Shown here piece after piece: positions 26,054 to 36,915 of a stretch of 64,000 nt of DNA. The notes beneath the pieces are model-generated. The model did no database searches. It saw only the letters and a list, made by a program, of their open reading frames with translations, and had not been told where the DNA came from. This stretch comes from Chrysomallon squamiferum (lineage: Eukaryota; Animalia; Mollusca). The DNA is taken from positions 20,646,001 through 20,710,000 of the forward strand of contig CM022679.1 of the NCBI GenBank assembly GCA_012295275.1, given 5' to 3'. The position numbers were made by a program, and so were the translations under genes. Position 1 is the first letter of the stretch. Each line of letters opens with the position of its first letter.

Positions 26054-27471
26054 TATATTAATAACATAAAATGAAAATAATGTTATAAGCTCAAAAGTAT
26101 AATACATACTATATATAAAGAAAGAAAAAAAAATCAGTTTATACTAGTTTATGTCTATTTAACATCTTTAACAATTTTATATCATCAAAAGCAAATTAAA
26201 CTCTTTCACTGTTGAGGTTTGTTTTTGGGTGGCAACATCTTTATTTTGTTTAAAGAGGCAGTAATGATCCACAGCATAAATGAAATGTATAAAAATAATA
26301 AATATGCAAATTACTTCTACAAAGCAGATAGATGCAAAATTAATTAATTAAAATTAAACAAAATTTAAATAACAAAAACCGTTATTCCGTATCAAATTAT
26401 CATCACATACTGAAATAACATAACACTGGTGAAATTAACTGGCTTCACCTGCTAGAAACCACACTTTTTCAACAACCAGTACATAAACAAGTTAGATAGA
26501 TTAAAATATACTCCTTGCCCCACAGTAAGGAACAGCTTGACATATGAAAATTATGAAATTGTTCTCTACACTGTATTGTTATCAGTGTAGAAAGGTTAAT
26601 GCAGGAAGCTACTGCTGCCTTGACCTGGAATGTCTGACACATAAAAAGAAGAATGTCCTTCAAGGCAAGGACACAAAATTAACCTACACACACCAAGAGT
26701 TATCTTGCCGATTCAGTGTACAGTATTCAGGTTAATGTGCTGTACAAACATTTTTCCATAAATTGTATTAATTTATTAATTTTTTTACATTTCAAGGTCA
26801 CCAGTGTAGTGCAGATATTACAATATACAATATTTTCTAATATTTTTATGGTAATAATATATTTGAAATTTTAAGTTAAGGTTGTTTTAATAGTCATTAA
26901 ATTTTTTGACAAAACATGTTAACATTTTTTTTTTAATAAATAAACAAAAATCACAAAACATATAAATAATAAATAAATAAAATAATATTTGAAATTATTA
27001 AATAAGATGATTAGTCTCTTAAAAGCTTTTGATTATAAAAAAGGTAAAAACTACCTGAAATTCAAATAATAATCTTTCATAAACAAAATGCGTCTAATGT
27101 CAAACATATTTAAAAAGTATGACAATAAATGACTTCCAAATCCTTACTAAACTTTTCTTCTGCAATGTCAAGGATGAAGTAATGAAGCTTTTTTCATTTA
27201 ACAGCATTAAAATATTGTGTGTGTGTGTGTGTCCAAAATATAAAACAGGCTTCATAAATGCTGACATTTATCTCAGAAATACCACAACAAACACCAAAAT
27301 GGTGGTTTGTATCTGTCTGTTTTGTATGTTCAGTATTAATCTAATCTTCCTTATGTGCGATAGTAACAACAACCTTAAGAAAATGATGTTTATTATTAAG
27401 AGATAAAGAAAAAAACGGCAACAAATAAAAAGACCCAAACACACATATAATTATATTAAATCCAAATATAC

Positions 27472-27477
27472 TTTATT
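27472..27477 (-). other. Candidate polyadenylation signal of TOMM22
   Basis: AATAAA on - strand ~300 nt after the stop, followed by a GU/U-rich tract (TGTGTGTTTGGGTCTTTTT). Confidence 0.45.
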
Positions 27478-27772
27478 ATAATAACATTCATCAACACCAC
27501 TAAAACAGTTTACATTCTCACAAATGATAAAATCCTTCTAATTAATTGAGTTTCTACAGTAAATCATATCTCCTTTTTTTATTTTTGTTTGTGTTTGTTA
27601 TTTTTGAACAAAAATGATAACAGATATAATCTGGTTTGCATCTTTGGTCCATGAAATGTTAATTTCTAAATGTAGAATAACAATGGTGTTGCTGCCTAGC
27701 AACATTCATGGTGTCAGGTTATGTCTTAAAATGCAAAAGTTTATTAATTAATTATTAACTTCTAGGTTTCTG

Positions 27773-30434
27773 CTACTTTGCACTCATTGGGTTTGGCATG
27801 GCACCGGGTACCATCCCTGGTAGTAAATGCCCTTGTGTACCAGATACTGCAGCATTGGGTCCAAGCAGAATCTGAAACAACAAAACTTAATTTTAGAAGT
27901 TTAACAACAAATTTGGGGGGGTTATTTGGGATAAATGTATTTGAGAGAAGCTGAACAATAAATTATTTTTAGTCAATTCTGATGTGCTCTAATTAGTGTT
28001 TGTATTTGCTTTAAAATATGGGTTTTTTATTTTCTTATCTTTTTTTAAACTAATATTTGTATGCAATTACTGTATCTTCTTTATAAATTAGCAGGTAATC
28101 AATGAGCATAATTAAAATAATTTAAGTTAAAAGGAAGTCTGCAAAATGTGTGTATATGTCCTTAATGCTCAGTACTGAAAACCTTTCTTCTTATTTATTA
28201 TTTATTATTGTTACTGTTACTGTTGTTATTAATATTATTTTTTAAAATTATTTTAGATTCTGTTTTGCTTTAATAGTTTACTTTGAAACTGCCATTTTAA
28301 TAAATAAAACACAATAATACAAATTTGTCTTAATTATATAAAAAGTTAAGTTTATTTTATCAATGGTTGAGTTTTCAGCCACTTCTTATAACTACCTACT
28401 GTGTACAATGTTTTAAAATGCCAATTAAATTTATTATTTAAAAAACACCTAAAATATAAAATTGCTTGATTAATAAATTTAAATTAACTGATTACCCAGC
28501 TATTAAATGACTAACTAACACTGTTGTTTAAAAACAAATTTAAAATGTCCAGGCAGTCAGGTACACTAGGGTCATTCTAAAACTTAAAAATTATGAACAT
28601 ATTTTGACATTTATAAAAATAATAAAAATTTTTAACACACCATACTGGTATTTAATACTATAAATAAACATGACTCCTGATGCATTTCCCACATTATAAT
28701 AATTGTTACTGGCAACAATGGCCGATCAATTTAAAATGTGCATAAATTTAGTTCAAATTAAATAACTGACAGCTGTGCAGTTACATATTTGTTTACTCTT
28801 TGCAATAATAATTAACAAAGAAATGCTGACAGAATAATAATAATTATTATGTTTTATTATAACTTTATTCAATTATTATTACTGTCGTTTTTTTGATGTT
28901 ATTGTTACTGTTCACTGTTCATGGATGAATTTGTTGACAACAAAATAAATGATAAATCAGTTACAGTCATATAGCTTACTATTTGGAATAACAAATGAAA
29001 ACCATTTAAAATTTCACAACATATATTTTATTATTTACTCTTTCAAAAAACTAAATAAATATAACCTGTTTGAAAGTACTCTTTTGATATTTTTCATAAT
29101 GATAAGTTTAAAATATAGATGATCCATTACCTGTCTCTGTTGTTGAAAAATTTAAACTCAGATCATTTTAAAAAATTTACAAGGTCTATTGTGGGTATAG
29201 TTCCCTGTCTCTGTTTTTGAAAAATTAAAACTAAAATCATTTAAAAAAATTTACAAGTTCTGGTGTGCGTTTAATTAATTACCTGTCTCTGTTGTTGAAG
29301 CTGCTGTTCATGATGTTGTGCTCTCTCTGTTTCAAACACAACAGGCAGTACCATGATAGTTGCTGTTGATGCAGCGATGAAGAGGATGCTGCGGCTGAGG
29401 GAATACCCCACTTTAGTCGCAGTCATGACAAATGAACTCAGTGATCCACAAGCATCTCTGAAGCGATCAGGAAACATCTCTGTCAATCCCCATAGTCGTT
29501 CTGTTAGAGTTTCATCAATGTCCTGAATAACAAACATTATCACACAATCACTTACATGAAGGATGCACACTGTTCGTCTCCTGTGAGATGATGTTAAGAC
29601 AGAAATAAACTAATTTTGTTTTTTTAATGTTCATACCTAATTAATATATTTAATGTGCATATGTTCATTGTTGCTAAAGAAATCTTATATATAGGTTGAG
29701 TTAATGAGCAATCTGTTTGTGAAGTTAATTCTTTTCAATAAAATATTTCAAAACAAAACAAAAGATTTTCTGTGTTGTGTTCTAAGTTAACTGCAGTGTA
29801 GGACATATTATATATAATGGAAAAACTCTCCAGTGTCAGCAGGTCCCTTTACTTGTTTATTTAATGCATTGCCTTTCAATGTAGAAATACAAGCCTGTCC
29901 AAGTTCATTCATCTTTATTTCCATACCACTAATTACATGTTGTTTTTCCTCAATCATAAATGGTTTAATGTTAAGTAAAAAGTATATATATATATCTATA
30001 TATAATGGTTTCTAAGTACTTACAATGAGAAACAGTTGTATCTCTTAAATAAGGTTTGTTGTTCCATATAAGGAAAGAATTTAGCGTGAAGCTGTTGTTA
30101 GTTTTTTTGTGTGTTCTTTTGCTCCCACTTTATAGACAGTGTCATGGTAAAGGTTGTTTTAAATATGTATTAGTACTGTCTACAGTTATTTTAACCTGGC
30201 AGTAATAAGTGAAATTGGATTTTATAAGAAAACAAACCAGTGACAAGTGCATGTTGCAGACCAAGCAATTGCAGTCTATTGTTGTGAGCAGTGTGGGCAA
30301 GAACATGTATCAGTAGGCCTAATAGATTATTTGAATGTTACTTATAGGAAATTAGTAAACCAGTTGGAAAGTGGACAAATTGTACAGTAATGCAGAGCAC
30401 AAAGTACGAAATAACAGTAGTAGTGGATAACAGA

Positions 30435-30482
<48 letters not shown>

Positions 30483-31156
30483 CTCTATGGTCGCCTGTGA
30501 CATACTTATTATCACTATGGATTTACGCTTGATGCAATATTTTATTTCGCAGTAGTTAGTAGTTAAAAATAAAATAATAATAATAACAATAATAATAATA
30601 AATTATTACTACTACTACTACTACTCCTCCTGCTCCTCCTCCTACTACTACTACTAAATTCGCCGACACTGTAGAGTGTTAATGCAAATTATATTATTAT
30701 TTTCGTGCATATAATGTTTGGTTGTTTATTATTTGTTTTTTGTTGGGGGTTTTTGTGGGTTTTTTGGTACACTACCGTACAGTTGTTGGGTACGAGTTAC
30801 GATGGGAACGCTTTTTATCTTTTTTATTTATTTATTTTTTAATTTTAAAGATTGTATTTTAAATAAAAGAAGTAATTAATACAAAAATAAATGCTATATA
30901 GACATCAGAAACTACTGCTCAGTATCACATTACATTAAACAACACAATATCAAATATAATAAATGAAATCGGTCGGTGATCGAAATAAGGTGATAAACGA
31001 ATTTACAGAAAAGTACTATAAAAACATATCTTCGTGATCAGTACAAACTGAAATTACACAAACCTCATCTTCGTCAATTTCTGCTGAAGTTATTTGTTTT
31101 ATTTCAACTTTTCTTCCGGCAGATTCACCCGATGCCAGTATATCCCCTGAAGACAT
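27773..31156 (-). CDS. TOMM22: Mitochondrial import receptor subunit TOM22 homolog (143 aa)
   Basis: Exons 31156-31064 (MSSGDIL...EIDEDE), 29522-29283 (DIDETLTERLWGLTEMFP...ATIMVLPVVFETERAQ...QQQRQ) and 27871-27773 (ILLGPNAAVSG...SAK*), all phase 0. DETLxERLWGLTEMFP and QRQILLGP are diagnostic of Tom22. Confidence 0.96.
29127..29299. repeat. ~75-bp tandem duplication spanning the TOMM22 exon 2 / intron 2 junction
   Basis: CCTGTCTCTGTT(G/T)TTGAA at 29130, 29204 and 29282; TCATTT(T/A)AAAAAATTTACAAG twice. Confidence 0.85.
30438..30480. repeat. (GT)n microsatellite in TOMM22 intron 1
   Basis: Direct reading. Confidence 0.97.
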
Positions 31157-32625
31157 TACTAATAAAGCAAATTGAATTTTTATTTCAACATAGGATACTA
31201 TTTGAGCACATGCAACTTCTAAACAAAAATGGGTTCACTTCCGGTTATATAAAATGTAAAAGGTTTAAAGCAAGAAGTCGTTATTAATACATTTCATAAT
31301 AATATGTTAAGCGGAATATCAGTAATCATGTTTAAATCCATCCGAATCTAAATCTGTGAAAAACATCTATTTTAAAAATATGATTTTGTTTGCAGCGACA
31401 TGGTAACTGTTGACAGTATTGTGGGAAGATAGAAACTCAATCATCTCAATGGCGTTCAGAGGGAGGGGGGCCGAAGGGGATGTGATCCCGGGCATCCAAT
31501 CAGAGAAAAGAACTTAATATATTTGATTGATTTATATTTAAATCGAATACAATGTTTATTTTATGATTCAACTGTGTTTACATATTCAAAATATCTTCCT
31601 TTTTTCATAATATTTCTCAGTACTAAGCCTTATACTTGAGTCTTTGGGGCATATAATCAAGCAGTTGGACCCCGGCATCACCAGACCCATGCACGCCTCT
31701 TCTCTTTAATATAAATTATATTTTAAATTTACTGGCAGAGTACATTAAAGGAAAAAAAAAAAAAAAAAAAAAAAAAAGAAATAAAAAAGTTAAAATTAAA
31801 TAATAACAATTACGTAATAATGGCTTACGTAAAGGGCCGGAATATGTGCAACATGTGCGAGACGCGTAACTAATAGTAACACGTTACTCTGTAGATCATT
31901 AAATGCCTGACGAATTTTCCCCGGCTGTTGTGAAAAGAAGGATGTCCTGGGGTTTATTTTCGTATTACGTGTGTTCGTGATACATAAGTCAATATCTGTT
32001 ATTAACTAAATGGAAAGTGATCTATCTAAAGAAACTGCGCATTTTATTATACATTATTATTTGTAATATCGATTATAATCATCGTTGCAAATCAGAAAGC
32101 AAGCAAAATAAATAAATCAATAAAAATTATAATAATAAAAAGAATACTCTTACTATTGTTGTTGTTGTTGCTGCTGCTGTTGTTGTTGTCATTATTATTA
32201 TATAATACCGCTATATTGGATATAACAGTGTAAGTAAAATGAAAGTGCATCTTCACATGTTATCCTTTATTAGTAATAAACTTAAAATACATGGGAACAT
32301 AAAATTTGAAAACATACAAAATGCATTTATTATCACAGATAATTTGTTATTTCCAAACAGACTACCTTATTAAATTTTACGGAAACAGCCGATACATACC
32401 GAAAAATATATATATAACGACAATCCAAAGGGAAACCACTCGTTATATTTTGATAAATGTGTCACCGTACCTATGACCTCCTGTTGAAAGTTTGGCATTG
32501 ATACGTGAGTGTCAACCTGTAAGTGATTTTCTGTTGTGTGTCACGTTCAAAGGTAAAAAGCGCCACCTCTGGGAAGGTAAAGCAGGACATGTAAAAGGAA
32601 TACAAGAAGTACTAGTTGACGAAAG
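31157..32625. promoter_or_regulatory. Divergent promoter region between TOMM22 and SLC25A10
   Basis: Start codons 1.47 kb apart, head-to-head; locally CpG-retaining; ETS/GABP motif CACTTCCGG at 31236-31244; two TTACGTAA palindromes at 31810 and 31825; GCGCCACCT (CTCF-core-like) at 32560. Confidence 0.6.
31447..31701. mobile_element. Second copy of the hAT-type MITE, opposite orientation, in the TOMM22-SLC25A10 intergenic region
   Basis: AGTTGGACCCCGGCATCACCAGACC (31663-31687) is the near reverse complement of GGTCTGGTGATGCCTGGGGCCAACT (33169-33193); the other ends also match; no clear TSD retained. Confidence 0.65.
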
Positions 32626-35600
32626 ATGACTGACTAAAAGGAAGCGCATAGGAAGATGGTATTTCGGAGGTTTCGCCAGTGCTGCGGCTGCATGCTGTAC
32701 CCACCCTTTAGATCTTTTGAAGGTAAATCCGTTACGTTATCTTTAATTCGTTACTGAATGGAATATTTTAGGTGTTTTATATTTTGCATTTATATGAAGG
32801 CATTTTGATCAATACCAATATGCCTTATACAGCTTTATCATATTATTTTATTTAACACACATGAATGAATGAAACATGATCAATGTCTAATGAATTATTA
32901 ATTTATTATATACTAATTACTATAGAGCATTTAAGTGCTTAAGATTAATTCTTTCTGAAGAATATGACCCCACATCAAAGTGATTTTTACATAAATATTT
33001 TTCTCATTTGTTGTTTTAATAATATGATACTGAATAGCCCCTGCATAGTAGCAGGCTATGCACGTTTTCTTGTTTATCCAGTGTTAAGAATTTGTTATTA
33101 TTGATCTCATTAGAAACTACATTACTTCGTACTGTATCCAGATAACTCTGTCAACAGTGGCATTCAGAGGTCTGGTGATGCCTGGGGCCAACTCCGTGTT
33201 TGTGTGCCCCAAAGACTCAAGTATCTTAAGACCTAGTACTGAAAAAGTATTATGATAAAGGAAGATATTTTGAATATGTAAACACATATGAAATATAAAA
33301 TAAAAACTTTATTTGATTTAAATATAAACCAACCAAATATATTAAGCTTTTCTCTTATTGGATGCTCCCCCCCCCATTTGGATGCCTGGAACCACCTCCC
33401 CTTCAGCCTCCCCCTCTGCATGTCAGTGTCAGTCAATACAGTAATACAGTGACAACAGTAATTTTTGTGTTATTCAGCTTGCCCTGGTGTTTGAATTCTT
33501 GGAATCTTTCAGTTGTAAAGTGTTTACTTGCAGTCAGTTTATAATGACCATTCTTTCTCAGTGTAGCTGATATATCATTAATATATTTCTCACAGGGATA
33601 GAGATGTCTATATAAATTTGTATCCATTTTTCTCCTGGTTTATGTTTTTTGTTCTTTTCTTCTGGGAATTGTAGAAAACATCCTTCTCAGTATCAAATAA
33701 TTACTGATATCAAATGGGAGAACTAAATAGTAAATATTCAAAATATGTTTCTTATTTATAGTTTCACTGAAGTAAGTGCTAATAAATTTTAGTTTTAAAA
33801 GTTCAGTAATAAACATTTTTGCACTGCAGTGAAGGAACACACCTGTGTTATTTGCTTTATCACTTCGTTATCACTACCCTTACCAGTGTGTTTGTTTTGT
33901 ATTTGTATTTTTTTTTAATTATATATATAACATGGGAGTACCTGGAAAAAATTGCAGTGTTATCTTGTTATCATTAGATCTGTTTCTCACAGTGTTTGTA
34001 TTCAGGAGGAATATCTTGAACAACCAACCATTTTATTTTATATTAATGGCTTGTTTTCTCATGATTGACAATATTTCTTGTGATTTTTTATTTTATTTTT
34101 TATTATTTTATTTTATTATTTTTATTTTAATATTATTTTATTTCATTTTATTTTTGTTTTATTTTTATATCTTTTGATTGATCTTTTTTTATATATTTCC
34201 AATAATTAACAATTATGAGGAACATACTGAATTTTTATTTTGCATTTTGTTAAATTTTTATTAGCATGCAGTTAAGTCCTAACCTTGGTGTTATGAACAA
34301 TTTCAAAAACTTGTGGCTATGAACATCAGTCAGATATCTTTCCTAAGTTACAAAAATTGCTTTTTAAAAATGATGACTCTGTTCCAAGGTGATCTCAGAC
34401 AGGACATCACTCTCAGCTGAAATTTAGTTCCGAGGTGTGACAGGGCAAAGTATTCCTTTTAATAAGATTATTGTTAATTTTTTTTTTTTTTTTTTGTATA
34501 AGATTTATTTTATTAAATTAATTAATATTAACTTTCAGGTACATCTTCAAACCCAGCAGAAAGAAAATATTGGGTTGGCCAAGATGGCTGTGCGTGTTGT
34601 AAAGTCTGATGGTATTCTTGGTCTCTACAATGGACTCTCAGCCTCCATAACACGACAGGTAAGTTTTTAATGTTATTTGAATGAAAAGATGTTTGACAAA
34701 AACACTCTGAACTTCTTTATCATTGATTACTCAGCCTTCTCTAGAAAACAGGATGTGTTTACTGGTGACTGGTGAAGTGGAAAAATTTAATAAGATATAT
34801 CTGGTGTTGATCAGTCAGCTATAAAGTTATATTTGTGTGTGTGTGTGTGTGAGTGTATGAATATATAGCCAGTACTTAATTTAAAAATCAGTTAATAACA
34901 TTTTCAATAAGTAACTAATAGTTAAATAATAATTCTAAAAATCAATAAATAATATTTTCCATAAATAAACTATATTTAAATGTTTTTATTATACTGTTGT
35001 TCAGCACATTATTCTGTTCAGCATACCAGGCTGGATTTAATATTCTTTTTGGAAATATGTCAGAATAGGATGGAATAGTAATAATAAGTTTTCTTTTCTC
35101 ATCATAATTTGTTTAGAAATCTATTCTTCATTTGATCATTAAGTATTAAATTTTTATTTGAAATGAAAGTTGAATGAGGTATGCTGTAGGTTTAAAACAA
35201 ATTTTATTTTCTGTTTCGTAGCTTACGTACTCACTGACTCGCTTTGCCATATACGAAACAGTGAAAAAACATCTGACTGCAGACGGACAGACTCTTCCAT
35301 TTTACAAAAAAATTCTGTTAGCTTCGGTGGCTGGTGCCACTGGTGGGTTTGTTGGAACACCCGCTGATTTAGTGAACGTGAGGTCAGTATGCTGTCTCTT
35401 CATATATCTGTTATGTAAACATAACAGTCACTGTCTGTCTGAATAACTGTTACAAACAAATTGTTTAAATTTTAAAATATACAGTTCAGATAGTTATTTG
35501 TTTTTAATTGCTTTGTTTTTTATAATCATATTTGAAAAATTATTTAACTGATTCCATCAATTAATGTTAAAACAGTTTTTTATATTCTTATTTTAACATT

Positions 35601-36883
35601 TATTTATATTTCAAATTTCTTCTTCATTCATTCATTTATCCACTTGTCCATCAAGTAATCTATCCATCTATCTATTCGACCATCCATCAGTCTATCCCTT
35701 TCCCATTCATTTCAGTCTTACTTTTCTTTGTCATCTATCTCTTACTAATTCCCTCTCTTTGTCTATCTCTTGCTGTCTTCTTTCTTTCTTTCTTTCATTA
35801 ATTTCCATATGTTGTATTTTTCAGAATGCAAAATGACATCAAGCTGTCAAAAGAAATGAGAAGAAAGTGAGTGGTAATATTTATCTCTGGTGCACAAACT
35901 CACCTCTAGTTAGCTCCTTTTCTGCAGGTACAATGTAATAACCTTAAACAATGTTACAGAAATGTTTTAATAAAACCTTACAGGTGTGTGCAACACAATG
36001 CTTATTATCTTTGTGTGCGCAGGTTTTGGTTTAACATATATAAGTCTTATTAATATAGGCCAAATTTTGAAGTTTTATCTTTTGTTTTTCACTGAAAATG
36101 CTTGAATATAAATCAACATTCAATGGCTTGTTTTGAAATCAATAATTTCTGACTGTTCTTGATATTAAAATTAAAATATACTTCATTTCTCTTTTTAACT
36201 TTATTCTGCTTAAAGGTTCTTTAAATTCAGTAAACATTTTTTCTCAAAAATTAAAAACGATAATGTCATAGTAAAATAGGAGTTATTCAGGTTTTCAAGC
36301 CAATAATAATTTTTTCCCTTTAAAGTTCATCTTTATAAAAAAGACAACAGTTAATAAATGATATTAAACACTGTTGGTTTTTATATTTATATATTTTTTG
36401 TTTGTTTGTTAGCAGTAGACTCATGCTGTGTTGACTTCTGTCTTTTCTAAAAAAATGGTTTTTTTAATTTCATATAATATATAAAGATATATGAAATTCA
36501 TTAACTATTGGCACATATATCATTTAAAATATTCCTTCCTTTTGCTGTATTAAGCATATAAAAAGGTAAAAGTAACTGACTGAGTTTCAGCATCTTGCTT
36601 TGTCTATAAGACAGCATTACTTAAACATTATATTTAACACTAGGAGAGGCTATCAAAGAAAACGATATATTTAGTAAGCTTCCAAGTTGTGTCTTCATTA
36701 ATAACATGGTATAATAGCAAACAAGAACAATTAAAAATATTTGCTATAGCCATAATGTCATCATATATACGTGGATCAGATTGCACCAGAGTTTCTTTTC
36801 TTTTTACATGAAATGATGAAATGGGGGTTTTAGCACTTAATATAATATGTGTTGTGATATTGTGAAAAAAATCAACAACACTC

Positions 36884-36915
<32 letters not shown>

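Noticed and set aside
26564-26592. Short hairpin CTACACTG-n9-CAGTGTAG as miRNA/ncRNA
   Set aside because: Stem too short for a pre-miRNA and expected by chance in 64 kb.
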